Assembly: GCA_037442825.1 (NCBI GenBank)
Contig: JBBIPN010000036.1
Span: 1-13,754 of the forward strand
From: Sulfurihydrogenibium sp.
Lineage (GTDB): Bacteria; Aquificota; Aquificia; Aquificales; Hydrogenothermaceae
Length of the DNA: 13,754 nt
Direction: 5' to 3'
In this document: piece by piece, positions 1 through 9,169 of the stretch
Layout: the number at the start of each line of letters is the position of its first letter
Numbering within the stretch: the stretch's first letter is position 1
The notes under the pieces: model-generated
Database searches by the model: none
What the model was told of the DNA's origin: nothing
What the model saw: the letters and a program-made list of their open reading frames with translations, nothing else
Made by a program: the position numbers and the translations under genes

Positions 1-2
1 TT

Positions 3-638
3 ATATCTGATGTTTGTTTTTGTGAGTATACTTCCCATGGCCATTGCGGTGTATTACATAATTATGATGTAGATAATGACATAACCTTAGAAAATACAAA
101 GAAACAAGTAATATCACATGCAAAAGCTGGTGTTGATATGGTAGCACCATCTGGTATGATGGATGGTGTTGTTAAAGCTATTAGAGAAGCTTTAGATAGT
201 ACAGGATTTAGCCATATACCAATAATGGCATACTCAGCAAAATATGCATCATCTTACTACGGACCTTTCAGAGAAGCTGCAGATTCTACCCCATCTTTCG
301 GTGATAGAAAAACATATCAAATGGATCCAGCAAATAGAAGAGAAGCGTTAAGGGAAGTTGAATTTGATATACAAGAAGGTGCTGATATAGTAATGGTAAA
401 ACCAGCTTTAGCTTACTTAGACATAATAAGTGATATTAAAGAAAACTTTAACGTTCCAGTAGCTGCTTACAACGTAAGTGGTGAGTACTCTATGATAAAA
501 GCAGCTGGAAAGTTAGGATGGATCGACGAAAAAAAAGTTATGATGGAAACACTTACTTCCATTAAAAGAGCTGGAGCTGATATATTAATAACTTATTTTG
601 CTAAGGAGGTTGCAAGACTATTAAAGTATGAAAAATAA
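3..638 (+). CDS. hemB: Porphobilinogen synthase (delta-aminolevulinic acid dehydratase), 5'-truncated by the window edge; Zn-binding type
   Basis: The frame is open from position 3, upstream of the ORF-track Met at 138, and reads [16 protein letters not shown] (three-Cys catalytic Zn site). It continues with [43 protein letters not shown] (Schiff-base Lys) and [11 protein letters not shown]. Stop TAA is at 636-638. Confidence 0.98.
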   Translation: MSDVCFCEYTSHGHCGVLHNYDVDNDITLENTKKQVISHAKAGVDMVAPSGMMDGVVKAIREALDSTGFSHIPIMAYSAKYASSYYGPFREAADSTPSFGDRKTYQMDPANRREALREVEFDIQEGADIVMVKPALAYLDIISDIKENFNVPVAAYNVSGEYSMIKAAGKLGWIDEKKVMMETLTSIKRAGADILITYFAKEVARLLKYEK

Positions 639-1527
639 AGTTGTTTTAATAGATGGCTCCTCTTACCTTTATAGAGCATTTTACGCATTACCACCTTTAA
701 AATCGCCTGATGGAAAACCAACAGGTGCTATTTATGGTTTTATCAGGATGCTTCTTAGAACTATAAATATATTCAATACACCATACATAGCTGTTGCATT
801 TGATTTACCAGGTAAAACAGTAAGACATGAAAAATTTAAAGAATACAAAGCTACAAGAAAAGAAACACCTAACGATTTAAAAGCTCAAATCCCAGCAATA
901 AAAGAGATAATAAAACTTCTTGGAATAAATATAATTGAGATGCAATCTTATGAAGCTGATGATATTATAGCTACTTTATCAAAAAAAGCAGAAAGAGAAG
1001 GTTATGAAGTTATTATAGTTACACCAGATAAAGATATGAATCAACTTATAAACGAAAATATAAAGATATACAATCCTATAAAAGATGAAAGTGTTGATAC
1101 AGAAAAAATAAAAGGAAATTATGGAATTTTACCAAATCAATTTTTAGACTATTTAACACTTATAGGAGACAGTATAGATAACATACCTGGAATAAAAGGT
1201 GTTGGACCTAAAACAGCAGCTTTACTTTTAAACGAATTTGGAAGTTTAGAAAATATTTTAAAAAATGTAGATAAACTAAAAGGAAAACTTAAAGAGTCAT
1301 TTAAAGAAGTTAATTTAGATAATGTTTTATCTATGAAAGATTTATTAAAACTTCATGATGCTTTAGAAATTAATTTAGAAATAAAAGATTTAAAAAAAGA
1401 AAAGCCAGATTTAGAACATTTAAAAAATATATTTGAAAAATTAGGATTTAAATCATTGTTAAAAGACGTAGAGAAAGATAATTTAAGTAAAGAAGATAAT
1501 AAAAAAACTCAGAAGAGTTTATTTTAA
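628..1527 (+). CDS. Stand-alone 5'-3' exonuclease / flap endonuclease (DNA polymerase I N-terminal domain family), no polymerase domain
   Basis: Motifs [36 protein letters not shown] and [18 protein letters not shown] (H3TH) carry the full set of acidic metal ligands. The protein is 299 aa, overlaps the hemB end by 11 nt, and its stop overlaps the next start (TAATG). Confidence 0.95.
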   Translation: MKNKVVLIDGSSYLYRAFYALPPLKSPDGKPTGAIYGFIRMLLRTINIFNTPYIAVAFDLPGKTVRHEKFKEYKATRKETPNDLKAQIPAIKEIIKLLGINIIEMQSYEADDIIATLSKKAEREGYEVIIVTPDKDMNQLINENIKIYNPIKDESVDTEKIKGNYGILPNQFLDYLTLIGDSIDNIPGIKGVGPKTAALLLNEFGSLENILKNVDKLKGKLKESFKEVNLDNVLSMKDLLKLHDALEINLEIKDLKKEKPDLEHLKNIFEKLGFKSLLKDVEKDNLSKEDNKKTQKSLF

Positions 1528-2162
1528 TGGTTAATTTTACAGAAACAGATATAATAAATCGGTTAAAAAAACATTTTCCAAATCCAAAAATAGAACTAAA
1601 CTATGAAAACGAATTTCAACTTTTAATAGTAGTTATACTATCTGCCCAAACTACAGATAAAAAAGTAAATGAAATATCACCTACACTATTTAAAGAGTAT
1701 CAAACACCAGAAACTTTAGCAAATGCAGACATAGAAAAGCTTCAAGAAATATTAAAACCACTTGGTTATTATAAAAGAAAAGCAAAACTTATAAAAGAAT
1801 GTGCAGAAGCTTTAGTTAAAAATTTTCAAGGTAAAGTACCAGATAGTATTGGACAACTTATAACATTACCAGGAGTAGGTAGAAAAACAGCATCAGCTAT
1901 TTTAGTAAATGCTTTTAATAAACCTGCCATAGTAGTAGATACACATGTTGAAAGAGTAACAACAGAAAGATTAAAAATATCAAATAGTAAAACTAATGAA
2001 AAGATAGAAAAAGATTTAGCAAAATTCTTTTCAAAAGAAAACTGGATTTATATATCTAAAGCTTTAGTATTATTTGGAAGATATATATGTACAGCTTTTA
2101 AGCCAAAATGTAAAATATGCCACTTAGTTGATATATGCCCTTATGAAAATAAAAACCTTTAG
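1527..2162 (+). CDS. nth: Endonuclease III (HhH-GPD DNA glycosylase/AP lyase, 4Fe-4S)
   Basis: FQLLIVVILSAQTTDKKVN, HhH LPGVGRKTA (catalytic Lys), VDTHV (catalytic Asp), and C-x6-C-x2-C-x5-C cluster motif CTAFKPKCKICHLVDIC. Confidence 0.96.
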   Translation: MVNFTETDIINRLKKHFPNPKIELNYENEFQLLIVVILSAQTTDKKVNEISPTLFKEYQTPETLANADIEKLQEILKPLGYYKRKAKLIKECAEALVKNFQGKVPDSIGQLITLPGVGRKTASAILVNAFNKPAIVVDTHVERVTTERLKISNSKTNEKIEKDLAKFFSKENWIYISKALVLFGRYICTAFKPKCKICHLVDICPYENKNL

Positions 2163-2172
2163 GAGTAGTACC

Positions 2173-3162
2173 ATGGAATATAACGTTCCAATAATAGAGA
2201 GATTAAAAAGAGAAGAAAGAGAGATACTTATATTTACACATGAAAATCCAGATTGTGATGGTATTGGAAGTATGTTGGCTTTGTATATGTTTTTGAAAAA
2301 GTTAGGTAAAAATGTTGTAATGGCTATGAAAGATGAAGTTCTACACATATGCGATTTTTTACCAGAAGTTGAAAACATTAAAAAACTCCCTTTAAATAAA
2401 AAATTTCCATTAGCTGTACTTGTAGATGCATCAAGTAAAAAAAGGGCAGGTATAGAAATAAACGCTGATGAAATTATAAGAGTAGACCACCATATAGGTG
2501 GAGAGTTTGAAAGTGATTATGATTTAGTAGATTGTTATAGCCCTTCAACCACTGCTTTAATTACAGAGATTTTGAGAAAATGGGATGAAAATCTTATAGA
2601 CGAAAAGATAGCAACAGCCTTATATGCAGGTTTAGTTACTGATACTGGTTCTTTTAAGTATCAGAATACTAAAACCTATACATTTGAAATTGCAAAATTT
2701 TTAGTAGAAAAAGGAGCAAACCCATTTTATCTTTCTAAGATGATTTTTGAGAGAAACAGTCTTAACACAGTTATGCTATTACAAAAAACATTGTCAACTT
2801 TAAAACTTTATCACAACAATCAAATAGCTGTTTTAACTGTATTTAGAAACTTTTTAACAGAACTAAACTGTAAAGAGGATGATACAGAAGGTTTTGTTAA
2901 TTTTGCAAGAAGTATAGAAGGTGTAAAGGTAGCTATTTTAATGATACAAAGAGAAGATTTAAAAACATGGAGAGTTTCATTAAGAGGAAAAGGTGAAATA
3001 GATGTGAGAGAAATAGCATCTGCTTTTGGTGGTGGTGGTCATAGAGATGCTGCTGGATGTAGAATTATAGGAAATTATGAAGAAGCTTTAAATCATTTAG
3101 TTGAAAAAGCAAGTCAAAAGATAGATAATACAGTTTTTATAGAAAATATTTATAGCAGTTAA
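2173..3162 (+). CDS. nrnA: DHH/DHHA1 family phosphoesterase, bifunctional oligoribonuclease/pAp phosphatase (NrnA-like)
   Basis: Motifs THENPDCDGIGS, VD, RVDHH, TDTGSF, VSLR and GGGGHRDAAG (DHHA1). I moved the start from the ORF-track 2128 to the in-frame ATG at 2173 (329 aa) because AGGAG at 2161-2165 lies 7 nt upstream and this removes the overlap with nth. Confidence 0.88.
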   Translation: MEYNVPIIERLKREEREILIFTHENPDCDGIGSMLALYMFLKKLGKNVVMAMKDEVLHICDFLPEVENIKKLPLNKKFPLAVLVDASSKKRAGIEINADEIIRVDHHIGGEFESDYDLVDCYSPSTTALITEILRKWDENLIDEKIATALYAGLVTDTGSFKYQNTKTYTFEIAKFLVEKGANPFYLSKMIFERNSLNTVMLLQKTLSTLKLYHNNQIAVLTVFRNFLTELNCKEDDTEGFVNFARSIEGVKVAILMIQREDLKTWRVSLRGKGEIDVREIASAFGGGGHRDAAGCRIIGNYEEALNHLVEKASQKIDNTVFIENIYSS

Positions 3163-3389
3163 CTAAACCGATTAGAAATAGGATAAAAATGGGTAAAGTT
3201 TTCAATTTTACTAAATCAATCGAGTACATAAACACTAAAACTAAACTTTTAAAAATCTCTTTAAACTCTATCAAAAACAGATATTTAAATCAATTTCCAA
3301 ATTTTACATTAATCAAAAAAAGAAATACAACAAAATGTTTTTTAAAGATAGAATTTCAATTTCATCTTTATTTATAATCTTCTGACAAA

Positions 3390-3398
3390 ATTATAACA
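3390..3398 (-). promoter_or_regulatory. Putative extended -10 promoter element (TGTTATAAT) pointing leftward, with no gene downstream
   Basis: Plus-strand attataaca at 3390-3398 reads TGTTATAAT on the minus strand, a perfect TGnTATAAT identical to the 9-mer upstream of ileS. There is no good -35. The AT-rich context raises the risk of a chance match. Confidence 0.35.
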
Positions 3399-3463
3399 AA
3401 AAATTTTTAGATACTATTTTCTTGAAGTTTTTAGGTAAGTAATATTTAATAGAAAAGATTATT

Positions 3464-3760
3464 CTATAACTTTACAACTATACAAGTAGTAGCTTTTTTT
3501 ACACCTGGTATTGAGTTGATATTATTTATAACAACTTTTCCTATTTCGTTTTGGTCTTCTCCTATCAAAAAAACGATAATATCATATATACCTGTTACAA
3601 CATCTGCAGATTTTACGTTTGGTATTGTTGATAAAGCTTTTAAAATATTAGGTATCTCTGATGGATTTGCTTCTATTAGTACATAAGCTGAAGCTGCATT
3701 TTTTACTTCTATATCTTTCAGCATCTCTTCGAAAGTTATTGGCATTTCCATCTCTTTCAT
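3464..3760 (-). CDS. Stand-alone Lrp/AsnC ligand-binding (RAM) domain protein, no helix-turn-helix
   Basis: 98 aa with the RAM-domain pattern AYVLI...L...P.V.....VTG.YDIIV.....D..EI...V...I..IPGV....T.IV. SD AAGGAG lies in the gap after hslU, about 10 nt before ATG 3760. Confidence 0.85.
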   Translation of the reverse strand: MKEMEMPITFEEMLKDIEVKNAASAYVLIEANPSEIPNILKALSTIPNVKSADVVTGIYDIIVFLIGEDQNEIGKVVINNINSIPGVKKATTCIVVKL

Positions 3761-3774
3761 CTTTCTAATCTCCT

Positions 3775-5127
3775 TTATAAAATGTATCTTGATAAATCTT
3801 CATTTGTTACAATATTACTAAGCTTTTCTCTCACAACGTTTACATCTATTACTATTTTTTGTCCTTTTAAGTCTGGTGCATTAAAGGAGTAGTCTTCCAT
3901 TATTTTTTCTAATATTGTATGTAATCTTCTTGCTCCGATATTTTCTGTTTTTTCATTTACTTCTTCAGCTATTTTTGCTATCTCTTCTATTGCATCTTTG
4001 GTAAATTCTACTTCTACTCCTTCTGTTTTCATAAGTTCAATATACTGTTTGATAAGTGCGTTTTTTGGTTCTGTAAGAATTCTTACAAAATCATCTTTTG
4101 TAAGTGCTTTTAGTTCTACTCTTAAAGGAAATCTTCCTTGTAATTCTGGTATTAAATCTGATGGTTTAGAGAGATGAAAAGCTCCTGCCGCTATAAATAG
4201 TATATGGTCTGTTTTTACTGGTCCGTATTTAGTTGATACAACAGTACCTTCTACTATTGGTAGTAAATCTCTCTGAACTCCTTCCCTTGATACATCAGGT
4301 CCCGACCTTGAACCACTTTTGACAGCTACTTTGTCTATCTCATCTATAAACACTATACCAAAATTTTCTGCTCTTTTTACTGCTAACGTTTGGACTTCAT
4401 CCATATCTATAAGTTTTTCTGCTTCTTCATTTTCTAAAAGTTTTAATGCTTCTTTTACTGTCAATTTTCTTTTTTTTCTCTTTGTAGGACCTACAGAAGA
4501 AAATATCTCCCTAAGTTGATTTTCTATATCTTCTAAGCCTGGTGGTGCAATAACACCACTTACAACAGCTGACATTTTTTCATTTACTTCAATCTCTACA
4601 ATTTTATCATCTAAAAGTCCTGCTTTTAACATCTCTCTAAATCTTTCTCTTGCAGGTGAGTTAATCTCTTCTTCTTCCATAAAAGATCCATATTTCCTAG
4701 GCTTTTTAGGAACAAGATAATCAAGTACTTTTTCTTCTGCTATAGCTTTAGCTTTCTCTTTAACTTCTTCCATTTTTTCAGCTTTTACCATTTTAAAAGA
4801 AACATCTACAAGCTCTCTAACAATCGATTCTACATCTTTTCCTACATAACCAACTTCTGTAAATTTTGTTGCTTCAACTTTTATAAATGGCGCTTTTACT
4901 AAGTTTGCTAATCTTCTTGCTATCTCAGTTTTACCTACACCGGTAGGTCCTATCATAAGTATATTTTTTGGTATAACTTCATCTCTTAAATCTTGTGGCA
5001 ATCTTTGTCTTCTCCATCTATTCCTTAAAGCTATAGCTACTGTTTTCTTTGCTTCTTCTTGTCCTACTACGTATTTATTCAACTCTTCAACTATCTGTTT
5101 TGGTGTTAGCTCTTCTCTAAATTCCAT
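3775..5127 (-). CDS. hslU: ATP-dependent protease ATPase subunit HslU (ClpY)
   Basis: [22 protein letters not shown] (Walker A), [14 protein letters not shown] pore motif, VFIDEIDK (Walker B), [22 protein letters not shown], and the C-terminal DLSRYIL HslV-activating tail. Confidence 0.98.
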   Translation of the reverse strand: MEFREELTPKQIVEELNKYVVGQEEAKKTVAIALRNRWRRQRLPQDLRDEVIPKNILMIGPTGVGKTEIARRLANLVKAPFIKVEATKFTEVGYVGKDVESIVRELVDVSFKMVKAEKMEEVKEKAKAIAEEKVLDYLVPKKPRKYGSFMEEEEINSPARERFREMLKAGLLDDKIVEIEVNEKMSAVVSGVIAPPGLEDIENQLREIFSSVGPTKRKKRKLTVKEALKLLENEEAEKLIDMDEVQTLAVKRAENFGIVFIDEIDKVAVKSGSRSGPDVSREGVQRDLLPIVEGTVVSTKYGPVKTDHILFIAAGAFHLSKPSDLIPELQGRFPLRVELKALTKDDFVRILTEPKNALIKQYIELMKTEGVEVEFTKDAIEEIAKIAEEVNEKTENIGARRLHTILEKIMEDYSFNAPDLKGQKIVIDVNVVREKLSNIVTNEDLSRYIL

Positions 5128-5141
5128 TTTTCTTCTTTCCT

Positions 5142-7040
5142 TTAATCCTCTAAAGTAGATGTATCTCCAAGCTCTTGACCAAGTTCTCTGGCCCTTAAAA
5201 CTCTTCTCATTATTTTACCGCTTCTTGTTTTTGGTAATTTGTCTACAAACTCTATCTCATCTGGTACAGCTATAGGACCTAATACTTCTTTAACTGTTTC
5301 CTTTATCTCGACTATCAAATCAGCAGAAGGGGAAAATTTTTCTTTTAGTATAACAAAAGCTTTTATAGATTCACCTTTTATTTCATTTGGTTTACCGATT
5401 ACTGCAGCTTCTGCTACTGCATGGTTTTCTACTATAGCAGATTCTACTTCGGCAGTTCCTATTCTATGTCCTGCTACACTAAGTACATCATCAGATCTAC
5501 CAAGTATCATTATATAACCTTCTTCGTCTATTGCTGCAAAGTCACCAGCTGAGTATACTTGTCCTGGTATTTCATTCCAGTATTTCTCATATCTCTCTGG
5601 TTCTCCCCAGCAAGTTCTAAGCATAGAAGGCCATGGGTTTTTAATAACAAGATATCCTACTGTATTTGGTGGTAGTTTATTTCCTTCTTTATCTACTACT
5701 GCTACTTCAATACCAAAGAGTGGTTTACCTGCTTTACCTGGTTTTGCTGGATAGCTTGGAACTGTTGTTATCATGTGAGCACCTGTTTCTGTCTGCCACC
5801 ATGTATCTACTACTACAGCTTTCTCTCTACCTATATTTTTGTAGTACCACAACCAAGCTTCTGGGTTTATAGGTTCTCCAACGGAACCTAGAATTTTCAA
5901 AGATGATAAATCATATTTTGCAGGGATTTCTTCTCCAAATCTCATAAGCATTCTTATAGCAGTAGGTGCTGTGTAAAATACGTTTACTCTATACTTTTCT
6001 ACATATTCCCACCAGATACCAGGATGTGGATATACTGGTACTCCTTCCATTATTACAGAGGTTGCACCGTTTGCTAATGGTCCATAAACGATATAACTAT
6101 GTCCTGTAATCCAACCTATATCTGCAGTACACCAATAGATAGCATCTCTTTTTATGTTAAATACTGTTTTTGTTGTTAAGTATGTATTAACCATATAACC
6201 GCCAGTTGTATGTAAAACACCTTTTGGTTTTCCTGTTGTTCCTGATGTGTAGAGTATAAACAATGGGTCTTCTGCATCTTGTATCACTGGTTCACAGTTT
6301 GGGTTAGATTTTTTTATAAGATCATCTATATTTATATATTTAAGATCAAGCTCTTCTTCATCAAGCTCGTTATCTCTATCCCATACAATAACGTGTTTTA
6401 CAAAATCTAAATCTTTAATTGCTTCTTTTACTGTTGGGAATAGTTGTATTTTTTTACCTCTTCTTTTTGTATATGTTGCAGTAATAACTACTTTTGCTTT
6501 AGCGTCATCTATCCTTATTTTCAAAGCACCTTCACTAAAACCTGCAAAAACTACACTATGAATAGCTCCTATCCTTGCACAAGCAAGCATAGAAGCAATA
6601 GCTTCTATTGTATTTGGCATATATATAGAGACTCTATCACCTTTTGTAACACCAAGAGATTTAAGTCCATTTGCTATTCTATTTACAAGTTCTAAAAGTT
6701 CTCCATATGTGATTTTTTTCTCACTTCCTTCTTCATCTACATATATATAAGCAATTTTGTTTCTATCACCGCTAAGTACATGCCTATCTAAACAGTTATA
6801 TGTGATATTTGTTTTACCATTGATAAACCATTTTGCATAAGGAAAGTTCCATTCTAAAACTTTATCCCATTTTTGAAACCAATAGAGTTCATTTGCAACT
6901 TCAGACCAGAAACCTTCAGGGTCTTCAACAGATCTTTTGTACATAGATTCATAATCTTGAACGATACACTCTTTTTTTATCGCTTCTGATGGATAAAAAA
7001 TATCTTTAATCTCTAAATGTACACTTTCTAAATTTTCCAT
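5142..7040 (-). CDS. acs: Acetyl-CoA synthetase (AMP-forming acetate--CoA ligase)
   Basis: [18 protein letters not shown]-binding signature, [42 protein letters not shown], and [12 protein letters not shown] (acetylatable Lys). SD GAGGAG/AAGGA lies upstream. Confidence 0.96.
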   Translation of the reverse strand: MENLESVHLEIKDIFYPSEAIKKECIVQDYESMYKRSVEDPEGFWSEVANELYWFQKWDKVLEWNFPYAKWFINGKTNITYNCLDRHVLSGDRNKIAYIYVDEEGSEKKITYGELLELVNRIANGLKSLGVTKGDRVSIYMPNTIEAIASMLACARIGAIHSVVFAGFSEGALKIRIDDAKAKVVITATYTKRRGKKIQLFPTVKEAIKDLDFVKHVIVWDRDNELDEEELDLKYINIDDLIKKSNPNCEPVIQDAEDPLFILYTSGTTGKPKGVLHTTGGYMVNTYLTTKTVFNIKRDAIYWCTADIGWITGHSYIVYGPLANGATSVIMEGVPVYPHPGIWWEYVEKYRVNVFYTAPTAIRMLMRFGEEIPAKYDLSSLKILGSVGEPINPEAWLWYYKNIGREKAVVVDTWWQTETGAHMITTVPSYPAKPGKAGKPLFGIEVAVVDKEGNKLPPNTVGYLVIKNPWPSMLRTCWGEPERYEKYWNEIPGQVYSAGDFAAIDEEGYIMILGRSDDVLSVAGHRIGTAEVESAIVENHAVAEAAVIGKPNEIKGESIKAFVILKEKFSPSADLIVEIKETVKEVLGPIAVPDEIEFVDKLPKTRSGKIMRRVLRARELGQELGDTSTLED

Positions 7041-7073
7041 CTTCCTTTCTCCTCACTAAATTGTTAAATAAAA

Positions 7074-8690
7074 TTACGTTGTATTTTTAGATTTTTCAAC
7101 TTTATTTTTATAAGATGCTTCAACAAAAGATACAAATAATGGATGTGGACTAAAAGGTTTACTTTTAAACTCTGGATGAAACTGGCAAGCTACAAACCAT
7201 CTATGAGATGGAATTTCTATTATCTCTGGTAGATTTTTAGCTTTATAAACACCAGATACTATCAAACCTTTTTCTTCTAATATAGAGACATACTTTGGAT
7301 TAAATTCATATCTATGTCTATGTCTTTCGTAAATCTCTTCTTGTTTGTATATTTCATAAGCTTTTGTACCTTTTTTAATGTGGCACCTATAAGCTCCTAA
7401 TCTCATTGTACCACCTTTTTTATCTATATTTTTTTGTTCTTGCATAATATCTATAACTGGATGTTGGGTAAATGGGTTAAACTCTGTAGAGTTTACTCCT
7501 TCTAAACCTACAACACTTCTTGCAAACTCTATAACAGCTATCTGCATTCCAAGACATATTCCAAAGTATGGAATGTTATTTTCTCTTGCATATTTTGCTG
7601 TTAAAATTTTACCTTCTATTCCCCTATCTCCAAAACCACCAGGTACAAGGATACCATCCATATCTTTAAGTATTTCTTTATAGTTTTCTTGATTAATTTT
7701 TTCTGAATTTATCCAATGGATATTTATTTTTAATCGATTTGGAATTTGGGCATGTATTAAAGCTTCGTATATACTTTTGTAAGCATCTTTAAGTTCTATA
7801 TATTTACCAACTATAGCTATATCTACTTGATTTTCAAGTTTGTTTAAAACATTAACAATTTTTTTCCATTTTGTTAAATCTGGTTCTGTATAAGGTAGAT
7901 TTAAATGTTTTGCTATAGCTTTGTCAAGTCCTTCCTTTTTAAAGTATAAAGGAATTTCATAAATAATGTTTAAATCTGGAGCAGAGAATACAGAGTCCTC
8001 ATCTACGTTAGTAAATAAAGAAAGTTTTCTTTTTATATCTTTTGGTAATGGTGTTTCTGCTCTCCCAATTATTATGTCTGGTTGAATACCAATTGCTCTA
8101 AGTTCTTTTACTGAGTGCTGACTTGGTTTTGTTTTTAGTTCTCCAGCAACTTTAATATATGGTACATATGTTAAGTGAATATACATAACATCGTCTTTTT
8201 TATTTTCTATTCCCATCTGCCTAATTGCTTCAAGAAATGGTAAACTTTCAATGTCTCCAACAGTTCCACCTATCTCAACTAAAGTAATATCATAATTTTC
8301 AGCGACTTTTTCTATTGCTTTTTTTATTTCATTTGTAAAGTGTGGTATAACTTGAACCGTTGAACCTAAAAAAGCACCTTTTCTTTCTTTTTCAAGTAAG
8401 TTGTAGTAAAGTTTACCTGATGTTGTGTTGTTATACTTTGTCATAACTGCATTTGTAAATCTCTCATAATGTCCTAAATCAAGGTCTGTTTCAGCACCAT
8501 CTTCTGTTACAAAGACTTCTCCATGTTGGTATGGATTCATTGTTCCAGGGTCTATATTAAGGTATGGGTCAAGTTTCATCAATGTTATTTTATAACCCAT
8601 AGATTCGAGAATAGAACCTATAGCAGCTGACGTTACACCTTTTCCAAGAGATGATAGAACTCCACCAGTTATAAATATATATTTTTTCAA
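7074..8690 (-). CDS. pyrG: CTP synthase (TTG start)
   Basis: FITGGVLSSLGKG, KLDPYLNIDPGTMNPYQHGEVFVTEDGAETDLDLGHYERF, EIGGTVGDIESLPF, KTKPSQHSV, and glutaminase motifs GICLGMQ and QFHPEF. The start codon is TTG (plus-strand caa 8688-8690) with SD GAGGTG. Confidence 0.98.
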   Translation of the reverse strand: MKKYIFITGGVLSSLGKGVTSAAIGSILESMGYKITLMKLDPYLNIDPGTMNPYQHGEVFVTEDGAETDLDLGHYERFTNAVMTKYNNTTSGKLYYNLLEKERKGAFLGSTVQVIPHFTNEIKKAIEKVAENYDITLVEIGGTVGDIESLPFLEAIRQMGIENKKDDVMYIHLTYVPYIKVAGELKTKPSQHSVKELRAIGIQPDIIIGRAETPLPKDIKRKLSLFTNVDEDSVFSAPDLNIIYEIPLYFKKEGLDKAIAKHLNLPYTEPDLTKWKKIVNVLNKLENQVDIAIVGKYIELKDAYKSIYEALIHAQIPNRLKINIHWINSEKINQENYKEILKDMDGILVPGGFGDRGIEGKILTAKYARENNIPYFGICLGMQIAVIEFARSVVGLEGVNSTEFNPFTQHPVIDIMQEQKNIDKKGGTMRLGAYRCHIKKGTKAYEIYKQEEIYERHRHRYEFNPKYVSILEEKGLIVSGVYKAKNLPEIIEIPSHRWFVACQFHPEFKSKPFSPHPLFVSFVEASYKNKVEKSKNTT

Positions 8691-8702
8691 GTTATCACCT
8701 CA

Positions 8703-9161
8703 TCAAAGTTTTATTTTACCTTTAAATGATTTTTCAATTTCTCTCTTTATATCTTTTTCTTTTATAGCTTCTCTCTTTTCATACTTAACTTTTCCTCTTG
8801 CTAATGCAATCTCAACCTTTGCTTTTCCATTTTTAAAGTAAACTTTAAGTGGAACTATAGTAAGTCCTTTTTCTTTAACTTTTCCCATAAGTTTTAAAAT
8901 TTCTTTTTTATGAAGTAGCAGTTTTCTTTTTCTTGTAGGGTCATGTCCCCATTTTGCAGCAGGTTTGTAAGGTGCTATATAACAGTTATAAAGCCAAGCT
9001 TCACCATTTTCTATAATTACAAAACTGTCTTTAAGATTACAAGACCCTTCCCTTAGAGATTTCACTTCAGAACCTGTTAAAACTATACCTGCTTCATATT
9101 TTTCAATAATAGTGTAATCATGTAAAGCTTTTTTATTGGTTGCTACTATCTTTTCTGACAT
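8703..9161 (-). CDS. smpB: SsrA (tmRNA)-binding protein SmpB
   Basis: NKKALHDY, YEAGIVLTGSEVKSLR, HDPTRKRKLLLHKKEI, GLTIVPLKVYFK, and the GK..YEKRE.IKEKD basic tail. SD GAGG; tandem TGA TGA stop. Confidence 0.98.
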   Translation of the reverse strand: MSEKIVATNKKALHDYTIIEKYEAGIVLTGSEVKSLREGSCNLKDSFVIIENGEAWLYNCYIAPYKPAAKWGHDPTRKRKLLLHKKEILKLMGKVKEKGLTIVPLKVYFKNGKAKVEIALARGKVKYEKREAIKEKDIKREIEKSFKGKIKL

Positions 9162-9169
9162 ATTTACCT

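Noticed and set aside
628..1527. Truncated or frameshifted polA pseudogene
   Set aside because: No Klenow-domain sequence follows. The ORF ends cleanly in a TAATG coupling to an intact nth, and the catalytic residues are intact.
2128..2172. Longer N-terminus for the DHH protein, as in the ORF track
   Set aside because: It overlaps the nth 3' end and lacks an SD, whereas ATG 2173 has a well-spaced AGGAG.
2124..2378. 84-aa minus-strand ORF
   Set aside because: It is antisense to nth/nrnA and has no motif.
3162..3245. Four copies of ACTAAA (3162, 3210, 3234, 3240)
   Set aside because: The motif is short, irregularly spaced and low-complexity in A-rich DNA, so it is not distinguishable from chance.
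3163..3463. oriC, dif site, tmRNA or another structured RNA in the spacer
   Set aside because: I found no TTATCCACA-type DnaA boxes and no convincing XerC/D dif match. About 19% GC with no stable stems argues against a structured RNA in a probable thermophile.
3449..3467. Inverted repeat ATAGAA-N7-TTCTAT at the RAM gene stop
   Set aside because: A 6-bp stem with only one G-C pair is too weak to call a terminator.
4319..6695. Four short plus-strand ORFs (4319-4519, 5239-5517, 5666-5872, 6444-6695)
   Set aside because: All lie antisense within hslU or acs. Their Ser/Phe/Ile/Leu/Tyr-rich compositions are what the reverse complement of purine-rich coding DNA produces.
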